Positions 45,431-55,169 of a stretch of DNA of 56,983 nucleotides are shown piece after piece (the first letter of the stretch is position 1; every line of letters begins with the position of its first letter). The translations under genes and the position numbers were made by a program. The notes beneath the pieces were generated by a model. The model worked only from the letters and a program-made list of their open reading frames with translations. It was not told the DNA's origin and ran no database searches. Origin of the DNA: a virus (Duplodnaviria; Caudoviricetes); the IMG/VR virus record IMGVR_UViG_3300036772_000333, positions 1 through 56,983 of that record. One strand, written 5' to 3'.

Positions 45431-45459
45431 TTGACACCATAGCACCGATCGAGTAATGT
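45431..45459 (+). promoter_or_regulatory. sigma70 promoter of the glycosylation operon (overlaps a divergent promoter)
   Basis: TTGACA-17 nt-TAATGT. Confidence 0.75.
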
Positions 45460-45480
45460 TAGGGGGAATTTAGGGATGAC

Positions 45481-46635
45481 ATGACACAAAAACTGCTGCT
45501 GGTTTCCGATTCCGCCTCGTGCCACTCCGGTCTTGGTCGCATCACGAGAGACCTCGCTACGCGCATCCACGCCGATCTGCCGGAGTTTGAGGTGGCAACC
45601 GCCGGATTCGGTGGTCCCGGCAATAAAGACTTTGGGTGGCCGGAGTACCACTTCCACGAACTCAATAACTTTATGCCTCCCGAACTGCCGATGATCTGTC
45701 AGGACTTCGCGGGAGATGAAGAGTTGATTGTTCTGTGCATCTGGGACCCATCCAGGCTAAGGTGGTTTGCCAATCCAGACCAATGCCCAATGCCGATGAT
45801 GCGGCAGTGGCTCAAAGTCGCCAACATCCGCAAGTGGATTTATGCGCCGATTGATGCCGAGGGGCCAAACGGAAAACTCAGCGTCCGGTTGCAGGAGTCG
45901 CTTGCCGGATTCGAGCGCGTTCTCAACTACTCCAAGTGGTCGGCCGGCGTAACCGGATACCCCGACTTCATTCCTCATGGACTGGATACCGAAGCCTGGA
46001 GACCCCGCGATAAGTCGGAGGCAAAGAAGGTTCTTGGGGAGTTGGGGTTCCACGGACTCAAGGAAACAGATTTCCTTGTCGGCATGGTCGCGACCAACCA
46101 GGCACGTAAAAACTATGCTCTGGGTATTCAGACGTGCCGCATCCTTCTCGAAAGAGGTCTCGATGTCAAGGTGTGGGTTCACATCGACTCTCTTGAACGC
46201 CACTGGAATATCATCTCTCTGGTCGAAGACTACGGATTGCAGGGTCGGGTCATGATCACCACAAGCAACTTCACCGACATGCAGATGCGGTACATGTACT
46301 CTGCCTGCAACGTAACCCTGGGTATCGGTCTCGGCGAAGGGTTCGGCTATCCGATCTTCGAGTCCATGCTTTGCGGCACGCCCTGCGTCCATGGAAACTA
46401 CGGCGGGGCTGCAGAGCATTTGCCTTCGTGGATGAAGGTCGATCCGATACCCTATGCATGGTTCTATGAGTCTCCCTACTGCAATAAGCGCCCGGTTTAT
46501 CTGCCTGAACAGTGGGCGGCAAAGGCGGAGGAAGCTGCTGAAAACCCAGACATCGCCGATATCAATGCGCTGGAGTTGGACTGGAGCAAGGTATGGCCGA
46601 AGTTCAAATCTTGGCTGAAAGCAGGGTTGCGATGA
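45481..46635 (+). CDS. GT4-family glycosyltransferase (GT-B)
   Basis: SG.GR, N..RKN, GEGFGYPIFESM.CG.P. Confidence 0.92.
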   Translation: MTQKLLLVSDSASCHSGLGRITRDLATRIHADLPEFEVATAGFGGPGNKDFGWPEYHFHELNNFMPPELPMICQDFAGDEELIVLCIWDPSRLRWFANPDQCPMPMMRQWLKVANIRKWIYAPIDAEGPNGKLSVRLQESLAGFERVLNYSKWSAGVTGYPDFIPHGLDTEAWRPRDKSEAKKVLGELGFHGLKETDFLVGMVATNQARKNYALGIQTCRILLERGLDVKVWVHIDSLERHWNIISLVEDYGLQGRVMITTSNFTDMQMRYMYSACNVTLGIGLGEGFGYPIFESMLCGTPCVHGNYGGAAEHLPSWMKVDPIPYAWFYESPYCNKRPVYLPEQWAAKAEEAAENPDIADINALELDWSKVWPKFKSWLKAGLR

Positions 46636-47309
46636 TCGAGATGGTATGCACTACTCTGTGGCAACCGCGATGGTCCGAGTGTGTTCAGTCGTGGCGCGAC
46701 ACCGCCAATGCTTACCTTCCCGTCAACGTAATCGCAGGTCAAACTCTGATGCACGCCTACGAGCAAGGCAGGATCGAGTCGACAGAAACTATCCTGGGAT
46801 ATGTCCACGATGACGTGATCATTTATGAAAAGGGGTGGGATGAGCGCGTGCGTCGAGAGTTTGAAGACTTGAATGTAGTGATGGTTGGATTCGGAGGGGC
46901 TTTGGGACATGGGCACCCGGCACTCTATTCTCCCCCTTACCAGATCGGGAAGCTGGCTCGTCAGCAGTTCATGTCGAACATGAGGAATGCAGAGCAGCAT
47001 GGGCAGAGGTTCAGCGAAGCGCGGGATGTTTCGGTGCTGGACGGGTTCGCGGTGTTCATCCGTCGGTCATTTCTCCAAGAGTGTGGCGGGTGGCCGCAAG
47101 ATGGAAGTTACGGTTATTTTCTTTATATGGAATATATGTGTTGCATGTCGAGGCGCCTCGGCTATAACATCAGGCTAGTGGGAGTCGATTGCGAACACTT
47201 GGGGGGAAAGTCCTCCGGACTAAAACAGGATCAGGTTTTTGATTATGAAGGCGAACATCTCCGGCTATATGAGCAATTCAAAGACGTTTTACCCCACCGA
47301 GTCCCCTGA
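46632..47309 (+). CDS. GT2-like glycosyltransferase (GT-A)
   Basis: YVHDDV, VLDG...IRR, CEHLGG. Confidence 0.85.
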   Translation: MIEMVCTTLWQPRWSECVQSWRDTANAYLPVNVIAGQTLMHAYEQGRIESTETILGYVHDDVIIYEKGWDERVRREFEDLNVVMVGFGGALGHGHPALYSPPYQIGKLARQQFMSNMRNAEQHGQRFSEARDVSVLDGFAVFIRRSFLQECGGWPQDGSYGYFLYMEYMCCMSRRLGYNIRLVGVDCEHLGGKSSGLKQDQVFDYEGEHLRLYEQFKDVLPHRVP

Positions 47310-47964
47310 TTGGAGATATCTCGCGGGACTGTGGGATGGAGAGGGGTGCGTCGGTATTTGCTGTGTTAGGCAGAAGAGGAAGGACGGTACCTACAGCGTG
47401 TACTGGGATCTTCGCCTAATGCTGTCAAATACAAGCGAAAAATTGATCAGATCACTACTGGAGGAATTCGGAGGAAACGCCCATTTTGGGTCGAAGGTGT
47501 ATCCCTATGCGAAGAAGATAGCCAATCAATGGAAGGTTCAAAATTCCAGACATAGCTTGCACATCCTTAGAAATATTCTCCCTTTCCTCAGATACAAGGA
47601 TGAAGAAGCTAAGTTGGCCATAGAGTTTCTATCCGGGGTTGAGCGCAACAAAGGCGTAAGCCTATCCGCATCGGAAGTGGATCGACGCAACGACTTGATT
47701 GAAAGGATACGGCAAGTAGCGGGCCGAAGGGTCAAGCCAGTTAGGGCCGAAAAAATGGAGCACCGAACTCCGAACGCATCACTAAATCAGATTCCTGGGC
47801 CAAGAAATAAGTCTGGAATTATCGGAGTTTCGTGGATACCCAGCAAGGGGAAATGGATGGCGCACAAAGGCAAGGATGGGAAAAATAAAACGCTCGGGTA
47901 TTCAGACACCAAAGAAGGTGCCGCTGCCATACGTGCAGCACGAGATTTGGAGGACGCCGAATGA
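47269..47964 (+). CDS. LAGLIDADG homing endonuclease with C-terminal AP2-like domain
   Basis: YLAGLWDGEG; ILPFLRYK; NKSGIIGVSW...KW.A...LG. Confidence 0.88.
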   Translation: MSNSKTFYPTESPDWRYLAGLWDGEGCVGICCVRQKRKDGTYSVYWDLRLMLSNTSEKLIRSLLEEFGGNAHFGSKVYPYAKKIANQWKVQNSRHSLHILRNILPFLRYKDEEAKLAIEFLSGVERNKGVSLSASEVDRRNDLIERIRQVAGRRVKPVRAEKMEHRTPNASLNQIPGPRNKSGIIGVSWIPSKGKWMAHKGKDGKNKTLGYSDTKEGAAAIRAARDLEDAE

Positions 47965-48677
47965 TCAATCTCACGATGCTGGTCCACAATCGCCTCGACC
48001 TGACGAAACAGGCTCTCTCTTCGCTCGTGGCTCATACGCCCCTACACGCCGTCACGTTGACCGTGTTGGATGACGTGAGCGATGAACCTACCGCGCAATG
48101 GCTGCGCGACTTCCAGACGATTGCATGGCCGGAAGGTAAGATGCGCCTGATTCGGAACGAAGTAAGTCCAGGAACCGGTTTGGCTCGTAATCAGGTCGTC
48201 GCAGAGAGCGAACAATTTTTTGGTCGCGGACGGATGCTGTACCTCAGCGACAACGATGTGTACTTCAAAAAGGATTGGTTGCAGACGTTAGCCTCGGCTT
48301 ATGTAGAGTCGGTCGAGGATGACTACAAGGTCGTAGGGGGCTATAACCACCCGTTCAACGGCCCTATCGCCGGTATGCCGTGGTATCGCACCTTTGGCGT
48401 GGATATCTATCCAGTCTTCGCTCTGGCCAGTCAGTCGATGTTGCTGTCGTGGCATGTCTGGGATACCTTCGGCCCGTTCTGTCAGACGCCCGCGGGAAAG
48501 GTCTGCCAGAGCGAGGATGTAGACTTCTCGAACCGCGTTCGTGGAGCCGGTTTCAAGCTGGGTGTCGTCACTCCTCCTGTGATCGTCAACACCGGCATCA
48601 CCAACAGCTTCGGGGAGCCTATACCGGGCTGGCAGAACGTTCTTGCGGAAGCCCCCGGAGGTGTTCTCGTTGAGTAA
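47961..48677 (+). CDS. GT2-family glycosyltransferase
   Basis: HNR, LDD.S, ARN, LSDNDV, EDVDF. Confidence 0.9.
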   Translation: MINLTMLVHNRLDLTKQALSSLVAHTPLHAVTLTVLDDVSDEPTAQWLRDFQTIAWPEGKMRLIRNEVSPGTGLARNQVVAESEQFFGRGRMLYLSDNDVYFKKDWLQTLASAYVESVEDDYKVVGGYNHPFNGPIAGMPWYRTFGVDIYPVFALASQSMLLSWHVWDTFGPFCQTPAGKVCQSEDVDFSNRVRGAGFKLGVVTPPVIVNTGITNSFGEPIPGWQNVLAEAPGGVLVE

Positions 48678-49242
48678 CGGCGTCGTCCATGTCGGAGCGC
48701 ACTGCGGAGAAGAGATTGAGGAGTACGCCGGCCGCTCCCCCATCATCTGCTTCGAGCCGCAAGCGACGATCTTTCCAGAAGGAGTCATTTGGGCGAACTT
48801 CGCTCTCGGCGATCATCATGGAGTGATCAACCTGTTTGTTCCGTGGCGTATCCATGGAGACGGACTCGATACCCAGATGGCAAGCGCCTACCCTCTGATC
48901 GAAGAGGTAGCGAACGAGATTGGATGGTCTGTCACTCGCTGCGAAGTCATTCCCGTTCCGGTGACGCGTTTTGACCTGTGGGCGATGAAGTACTTCTACA
49001 AAGAGGGTTCGTGTTCCCTTCTGGTGATCGACGCTCATGGTATGGAGCTGGAAGTTCTCGAAGGGTTTGGTCGGTACCTTATAAGCTTCACCGACCTCAA
49101 GATCGAATGCTGCGAAGTTTCGCCTTGGGACGGAGGCTGCTCTGCCTATGAAGTAGAGGAGTTTTTGAAGGGTCATGGGTTCAAGCGAACCAGCCCGATT
49201 CTATCGTGTGGTGATGTTTTCTTTACAAAGGAGCTACAGTGA
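48670..49242 (+). CDS. FkbM-family methyltransferase
   Basis: VHVGAHCGEE, FEP, ALG, ID.HG.ELEVLEG. Confidence 0.88.
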   Translation: MSNGVVHVGAHCGEEIEEYAGRSPIICFEPQATIFPEGVIWANFALGDHHGVINLFVPWRIHGDGLDTQMASAYPLIEEVANEIGWSVTRCEVIPVPVTRFDLWAMKYFYKEGSCSLLVIDAHGMELEVLEGFGRYLISFTDLKIECCEVSPWDGGCSAYEVEEFLKGHGFKRTSPILSCGDVFFTKELQ

Positions 49243-49811
49243 TTCCAAGTTTTGAAGAGGTGATGCGTTTCACCACAACCGTAAGCGGCAGTACTGCACT
49301 TGAAGATGCCGATGCGTTCGGACTCTACAGTGCCTGCCTCGAAGTTCCACGAGGAGGAATTGTCGTTGAGACCGGATGCCAGCTCGGAAGGTCTTCGAGT
49401 TTGATTCTGCAGATGGCGCGGGCAATCGGCTTTCACTCCATCCACATCGATCCGTATACGGAACAGCCTGAGTTTCTATCCAATTGGGTCTCGATGATGC
49501 ATCGCCTGGGCGGCGAGCGCACGCGGGAGTTTACCTTCCTCTGCATGGAATCGCTCAAGTCGTCTTGGCTCATCCAAAAACTCGGTCCTATCGATATGTG
49601 TTTTATCGATGGAGATCACGAGTATCCCGGTGTCATGATCGATCTCGCACTGATTGCGGAGCAGGTTCGCCCCGGCGGCGTTCTCACGGCTCACGACTAC
49701 ACGAATGAGGGTCTTCCGGGAGTTACCCGAGCGATATCCGACTACATGGTCAAAGGAACGTGGGATCCCGTGGGCGTGTTCGGAACACTCGGAGTCTGGA
49801 GGCGGCAATGA
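49239..49811 (+). CDS. Class I SAM methyltransferase (Methyltransf_24-like)
   Basis: VETG...G.S, FIDGDHEY..V..D, GG....HDY. Confidence 0.9.
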   Translation: MIPSFEEVMRFTTTVSGSTALEDADAFGLYSACLEVPRGGIVVETGCQLGRSSSLILQMARAIGFHSIHIDPYTEQPEFLSNWVSMMHRLGGERTREFTFLCMESLKSSWLIQKLGPIDMCFIDGDHEYPGVMIDLALIAEQVRPGGVLTAHDYTNEGLPGVTRAISDYMVKGTWDPVGVFGTLGVWRRQ

Positions 49812-50332
49812 AGATCGGATATAACGTCGGTAGTGGGCAGAGGCCCTTCAAGAGCACATCGGAAATCCAATGGATCAACACAGACAAAATTGCTCACGAA
49901 GGGATGCCAGCCCCCGACCTATTGGCCGATGGTGCACATCTCCCCTGCGGAGACCAAACCGCCGACTACTTTGTGCTCTCCCAAGTTTATGAACATTTTG
50001 GTTGCGGAGAAGCGATTGATCTGCTACAAGAGTCCTATAGAGTCTTAAAGCCGGGAGGATCGCTAATCATATCTGTTCCCAATATGAAGGCGATTGCCCA
50101 GAGATGGGTAGACGGCCTGATAGATGAGTACATTTTCATGGTCTGCACCTACGGTGCTTTCATGGGCCATGAAGAGGATAGGCATCGTTGGGGAACGACG
50201 CCTGAAAGTTTGGTTCGGGATATAGAAAAGAGTGCGAATTGGAAATCCATCCAAACCTTCAACTCTCGACCAATACCCGGACTCGACGTAGCAAGGGATT
50301 GGTGGATAACGTGTCTAGAAGCGATACGGTAG
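49808..50332 (+). CDS. Class I SAM methyltransferase (type 11-like)
   Basis: NVGSG, EH, RVLKPGG...ISVP. Confidence 0.88.
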   Translation: MKIGYNVGSGQRPFKSTSEIQWINTDKIAHEGMPAPDLLADGAHLPCGDQTADYFVLSQVYEHFGCGEAIDLLQESYRVLKPGGSLIISVPNMKAIAQRWVDGLIDEYIFMVCTYGAFMGHEEDRHRWGTTPESLVRDIEKSANWKSIQTFNSRPIPGLDVARDWWITCLEAIR

Positions 50333-50979
50333 AAATACCGCTCACATTTAATAAGGTTGCCGTGATCGACTCGGATGATTTCGAGTCGATATCTCCATAC
50401 AAATGGAGAGCAGAGCGAACCAAACGTGGAACCTACTATGCGGTAGCCACCATTGGCAGAAAAAATGTTCGTATGCATCAATTGGTAATGCCTGATGCCG
50501 TGGAGCGAGATCACAAGGATGGCGATGGACTGAATAATCGAAGAAGCAATCTTCGATCTGTTACACATGCACAGAACATGCACAACTCACTAAAAGCAAG
50601 AACGCCGAATGCCAGCTCTAGATTTAAAGGGGTAGCTTTTCAGAAGAGGCTCAAGTCTCGACCTTGGCAAGCTCGAATTGGAGATAAGCACCTCGGATAC
50701 TTCGAGACCGAAGAAGAGGCTGGTACTGCTTACGACTTGGCCGCCAACGCTGAGCGTGGCGAATATGCGAAAACAAACAATCTGGATGTACCGATAACTC
50801 CGAATCATCGGTATCGAATAGTCCGAAAGGAATTTAGGGCACAGCCGATTCTGGGGCACCCAGAAGCTAGAATCCTTGAGTACGAATTGGAGTGCGGTCA
50901 CGTACATTCCATATCGGCGTGTAAGGCAGAAAAGATCGGCACAGAGTCGCGCTGCAAAACCTGCATTGGAGCAATATGA
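50302..50979 (+). CDS. HNH-AP2 homing endonuclease
   Basis: DHKDGDGLNNRRSNLR; SRFKGV; LGYF.TEEEA..AYD. Confidence 0.9.
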   Translation: MDNVSRSDTVEIPLTFNKVAVIDSDDFESISPYKWRAERTKRGTYYAVATIGRKNVRMHQLVMPDAVERDHKDGDGLNNRRSNLRSVTHAQNMHNSLKARTPNASSRFKGVAFQKRLKSRPWQARIGDKHLGYFETEEEAGTAYDLAANAERGEYAKTNNLDVPITPNHRYRIVRKEFRAQPILGHPEARILEYELECGHVHSISACKAEKIGTESRCKTCIGAI

Positions 50980-51668
50980 TGAACCCGGTTCTAATCCTGA
51001 CTCATAATAATCTCGCCCTCACGAAGCGCTGTGTCGAAAGCCTCCGCAAGCAGACTGTGGATGTCGATATCAACATCTTCGACAATGGATCGACGGATGG
51101 AACCCCGGATTGGTGTATGCAGCAACACGATGTCGCGCCGTTCCTGTCCATGACGAACGTCGGCGTCAGCAAGGGTTGGAATAACGTCCTCAACATCCTG
51201 TTTCGAGAGGATGGGTTCGATCATGTTCTCGTAGTTGGCAATGATACAGTGCTTCCGCCGTGGTTCTACGCAGAACTCCTGAGTTATGATCTTCCGTTTG
51301 TGACCGGAGTGGCCGTCGACACGATCACCAGCATCGCAGCGCCGCCTACAGAACGCAAGACTGAGCCACACCCCGATTTCAGCGCCTTCCTCATCCGCCG
51401 GGACTGTTGGGAGAATGTTGGCCCCTTCGATGAGACGATGGAACTTTATGTACAGGACTGCGACTTTCACGTGCGCGCCCATCGTGCCGGGATCGAGTTG
51501 ATGAAGGCCAGCGTACCCTACTACCACGAGAGGAGTTCTACCCTACGCAATGCCCCGCCCCAAGAGCAGCGACAAATCCACGAGCAAGCCAATCGAGACC
51601 GCGCAACCTTCCGAGCCAAGTACGGATGTATCCCCGGTGAGGCGGCTTATGAAGACCTCTTCCGCTAA
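50976..51668 (+). CDS. GT2-family glycosyltransferase
   Basis: DNGSTDGT, GVSKGWN, GNDT, VG.FDE, D.DF..R. Confidence 0.92.
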   Translation: MMNPVLILTHNNLALTKRCVESLRKQTVDVDINIFDNGSTDGTPDWCMQQHDVAPFLSMTNVGVSKGWNNVLNILFREDGFDHVLVVGNDTVLPPWFYAELLSYDLPFVTGVAVDTITSIAAPPTERKTEPHPDFSAFLIRRDCWENVGPFDETMELYVQDCDFHVRAHRAGIELMKASVPYYHERSSTLRNAPPQEQRQIHEQANRDRATFRAKYGCIPGEAAYEDLFR

Positions 51669-51849
51669 GAAGCGCATTTACCTTCAGTTCGAGAGGCCGG
51701 AGGACTTGGAGCTTTACGATCGTCTTGCTAAAGATGCCGTAGAGAAGCGGTACGATCTTCCTGTCTACACCCTTCTGGTACTCTTGGCGGCGTATCCTAA
51801 GACCTTATCCGGTACAGGTGAGGAAGTTGATCGGGTGTCACCGGAGTAG
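51649..51849 (+). CDS. Small ribbon-helix-helix-like protein
   Basis: GAGG RBS; KRIYLQF strand followed by two helices. Confidence 0.45.
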   Translation: MKTSSAKKRIYLQFERPEDLELYDRLAKDAVEKRYDLPVYTLLVLLAAYPKTLSGTGEEVDRVSPE

Positions 51850-52690
51850 GAGAGTAGCAACATGCCTGATAGGGACAAGCACCCCTTCCGACTTCATCGC
51901 ATGCAGACCGTCTCATCGGGGACGTTTCTTGTGTATGCGGCATACTCCGGGCCATGTCCTTCATATCTGAACGAGCTTGAACCATCCTGCTGTCCGCCGG
52001 GTCGTATCTTATTTCCCGATTCAAGATCAATTCGTCTAATACCCCGTCTGATTGCATCACCTTCAGCCAGTCTACCGTCGCTATCTGAGACTGATCCCGC
52101 CATACTTCTTGCCAATCCAACGAGCCTCCACTCCGCTTCCTGAACCTTAGTTCTCGGTTGCTCGGATGAAGATGGCCCTTAGTCCATGCGCTATGGCGTC
52201 GACCGTGGCTGTGCGATCCAAGAATCACGGCGGTCAAGGTCAGCGATCGTTCGAGTGCAGCAAGCTCTCCTATCGTTCCCCACGAGTGAGCGTAGCTGCG
52301 GAGTGCGTCATCGTTCCAATGCCCCATCAGGACGATGCGGTGACCGCTGAATAGGTTCGAATGCCACTCGTGCTCGCCAAACGGTACAGGTTCCTGCTTT
52401 TCAAGATTCCCCAGACGACACTGGAGCGCCACCGCGAGGATGCCGGCTAGGTATCCGGTGTGCCGCACTACCATAAAGCGGTTCTCTGCGGTGTCCAGGT
52501 CGCGCTCCTGTGCGATCCGCAGTGTCGTGTCCTTAGCCTCCTGCTCAGGGTCCTCTGAGACCAGGGCGGCCTCCAGTGCGGCGTACAGCAGTCCCAGAGG
52601 CGTGATGGAACGAGGTTCGTATTTTCGACTCAAGGCATAGCGCCTCTCGCAACGATCGTGCTCGTCCAGCATCGCAGGCGTCAGGATCAT
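51797..52690 (-). CDS. Cas4/AddB-like fold protein, possibly inactive
   Basis: N-terminal C.RRY and C-terminal C...CPY..CC Fe-S staple pattern; no clear D.K motif. Confidence 0.5.
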   Translation of the reverse strand: MILTPAMLDEHDRCERRYALSRKYEPRSITPLGLLYAALEAALVSEDPEQEAKDTTLRIAQERDLDTAENRFMVVRHTGYLAGILAVALQCRLGNLEKQEPVPFGEHEWHSNLFSGHRIVLMGHWNDDALRSYAHSWGTIGELAALERSLTLTAVILGSHSHGRRHSAWTKGHLHPSNRELRFRKRSGGSLDWQEVWRDQSQIATVDWLKVMQSDGVLDELILNREIRYDPADSRMVQARSDMKDMARSMPHTQETSPMRRSACDEVGRGACPYQACCYSPTPVTPDQLPHLYRIRS

Positions 52691-53682
52691 TGCACAAATT
52701 TTCTTATTTCATTTGCTCCAGCCGCCCCTGCAGCCGCTGCACCTACAATTGGTGCTGATTTTTTTAATCGATTCAACGTGTTAGTCCCAAGCCTTTTTAC
52801 TTGGCTCCCACGGTGATACTCCCGCATTGCGGAGTAGTACCGATCACGTATCGCCGGTATTGGAATCGCTTCTCCGATATCGTGTTTGAACGCTTCCGCC
52901 ACTTGCCCAATTTTTCTCCTCATCTCAGGTTTCATTGACATCTTCTCTTCAGAAGATAGCGTCGTGATGTTCTTGTAAAATCTCCGCGCCTCGTCGTAGG
53001 TGATAGGCCCTTTATTGTCTCCCCACCGCTTCACGAGTTTCTTGATGACTGGAGGGACGGATGAACCCGCGTCGAAATCCTGCATGATATTCATAAGCGG
53101 TCCTTCGCTCTTGGTGAGATTGACAGGAACACCCTTCATCACCGTCTCGAGTTGGTTCAGTATTTCTCCAGCATGAGCAGTCGAAGGGATAGCCTCAATC
53201 GCCTTTGACGCCACACTTTCGCCGGTCATGTATCCGGGAATCTCCATCGCCTTGAGGATGCCCTTGCCAGTGTCGATCGCACCCTTTATCGGAGTGTCTT
53301 TCATCTCAGCAATTCCCTGAGCGGTATTTGTAGCGCCCAGCAGCGGACTGCCCATCATATCGCCAGCTTCCTTCGATACGCCCGCCTCGATACCATTGAA
53401 GCCCTTATCGCCGCGCCCCTGCATCATGCCGAGCACCCGACCGACTCCGGTACGTGTGCCGCCTTGGGTGATATCGTTTTCAGCGTTCTTCAGCCAATCG
53501 AAGACGGGAGTCTTGTTGTCTGGGGTAGCCGTGATGCTGGGCTTATCTCCCTGCTTCTGGTAGCCAAGCCGCGTGGCAAGGGTGGTCTTCTGCTCCGGCG
53601 ACATGGCCGCCATCGCCTTTGTCCGCTGCTCCGGGGTGAGAGCCTTCCACTGCGCGCCGATATCGGGTGCCTGGTCTGCCAT
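52687..53682 (-). CDS. Internal virion / DNA ejection protein-like
   Basis: Gly/Ala-rich and helical; downstream of the nozzle. Confidence 0.5.
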   Translation of the reverse strand: MADQAPDIGAQWKALTPEQRTKAMAAMSPEQKTTLATRLGYQKQGDKPSITATPDNKTPVFDWLKNAENDITQGGTRTGVGRVLGMMQGRGDKGFNGIEAGVSKEAGDMMGSPLLGATNTAQGIAEMKDTPIKGAIDTGKGILKAMEIPGYMTGESVASKAIEAIPSTAHAGEILNQLETVMKGVPVNLTKSEGPLMNIMQDFDAGSSVPPVIKKLVKRWGDNKGPITYDEARRFYKNITTLSSEEKMSMKPEMRRKIGQVAEAFKHDIGEAIPIPAIRDRYYSAMREYHRGSQVKRLGTNTLNRLKKSAPIVGAAAAGAAGANEIRKFVQ

Positions 53683-55169
53683 TAGAAACTCTGGAGAAAC
53701 TTGTCTACTGCTGCATCGCCGGTCTTCTTGGCGGGTTGGTCAGGCTGTGGATTCTTGATTGCATCCTGGGCCGCCGGAACGACGTTGTTCTGTAACCACT
53801 TAATCTTGTCATACATCAACTTCGGCGTGTCGGTCGGGTGCGGGAGATGTTGCTGGACGACCTCAAAGGTATAGCGGCTGCGACCAATCTTCGTCCACAA
53901 GGAAGCACCGAGAACGCTCATCAGCGCGGTGTTCTCGAAGATTTTCGTGAGGTTAGGATCGGACGGCGGGATGCCTCTCTTATACTTGGCAAACTCGAGC
54001 CGCATCTTCACCGCATCCTCGAGGCTCCCATTGTTTTTCAGTGGTTCGAGAAGAGGCAAAACGTCGTTGACGGACGAGATGATCTGCTTCGAGGATTCGA
54101 GCGTCTGTTTATCCGCGTTGCTCTGAAGCTTATGATTCGCCAGCGAAGAGAGGCCGGGAACCACGGTTTTATCCTTGGGCGCACCGCCAGGGGGCTGAGT
54201 GACCGGCTTTGGCTTGACGATGCCTCCCACAGAGGACTTGCCGACCGGTTGAGCAGAGGTGGGGGGCTTTGCCGCTTCGCCCCCGTCCGTTTGGGCCTCT
54301 GACTCGGGAGTAACATCGATCTTTTCGCCCTGCGGCGTACTAACGGTCGTCAGGGTAACCATGTGCATCTGCCCGTCATCTCCGGGTTGCAACTGCTGCC
54401 GTGTCGTGACCTTTCCGGTATCAATAGGGCCAACATCACGCAGCTTCGCCCCCGTTGAGGGGTCTACGAGAACGAGGTGCCCTGCAACCTTCTTGAGCAC
54501 CGGCTTCGCCTTAGCCACCGGCCAGAATGAGCCATTCCACTCCACAAACGAGTTGCCGGCATTGCGCGCATCCTGCGGAATCGGCTGTCCATCGGGACCA
54601 ATAGCCTCCGGAGGAAGAGCGTTTCCCGGCAGTGGAGGTGACTTGCCGGCCGGCTTGTGATACTTCGCCTGAGCTGCGGCGCGCGCATCGATTGCCGCCA
54701 GCATCGCCTGTTGCTTCAACTCCGCCTGTTTTTCCTTCTGCGCCTCATCCGCTGCGCCCGTGCCTCCGGGAGGTACCGCGTTAGGCAATGGCTTCATCGG
54801 TGGTGCGTTGCCGGCCGTAGCGCCGTTCGGATGGATCACCTGACGAAGCTTCTCCATCAACTGCGGCGCGTGGCGCGGGTGGGAGTAGAGTCCCGTGATT
54901 TGGTCAACGTACTGCTGCTGTTGCTCGGGGGTCAGAGTGCCGTACTTCCGGCCTATCTCCAGCTGCGATTCCAGTTCCTGGGCCTTGGATGCGATGCCAG
55001 CATCTTCCAGTTTGTACGCCTGGGCACGCTTCTCCGCGTCGATCTGCGGAGCCTCACCGGAGACCACCTCTGCTGTACGCTGCAGTACCGGCACAGCGAT
55101 GGTCCCAGCGGCTTTGACCCCCTTCTCGAGGCCCGACCCGATCGTCGATAGGATGTCGCCGATTGCCAT
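53682..55169 (-). CDS. Internal virion / DNA ejection protein-like
   Basis: Gln/Ala/Pro-rich; position. Confidence 0.5.
   Translation of the reverse strand: MAIGDILSTIGSGLEKGVKAAGTIAVPVLQRTAEVVSGEAPQIDAEKRAQAYKLEDAGIASKAQELESQLEIGRKYGTLTPEQQQQYVDQITGLYSHPRHAPQLMEKLRQVIHPNGATAGNAPPMKPLPNAVPPGGTGAADEAQKEKQAELKQQAMLAAIDARAAAQAKYHKPAGKSPPLPGNALPPEAIGPDGQPIPQDARNAGNSFVEWNGSFWPVAKAKPVLKKVAGHLVLVDPSTGAKLRDVGPIDTGKVTTRQQLQPGDDGQMHMVTLTTVSTPQGEKIDVTPESEAQTDGGEAAKPPTSAQPVGKSSVGGIVKPKPVTQPPGGAPKDKTVVPGLSSLANHKLQSNADKQTLESSKQIISSVNDVLPLLEPLKNNGSLEDAVKMRLEFAKYKRGIPPSDPNLTKIFENTALMSVLGASLWTKIGRSRYTFEVVQQHLPHPTDTPKLMYDKIKWLQNNVVPAAQDAIKNPQPDQPAKKTGDAAVDKFLQSF

Noticed and set aside
47239-50979. Group I introns or inteins carrying the endonucleases
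   Set aside because: Flanking genes appear intact and overlap the endonuclease ORFs; there is no room for an intron core and no intein termini
45481-51668. DNA hypermodification or restriction-modification locus
   Set aside because: The MTases lack DNA-MTase motifs (DPPY/NPPY/PC) and no base-hydroxymethylating enzyme was recognised; not excluded but unsupported
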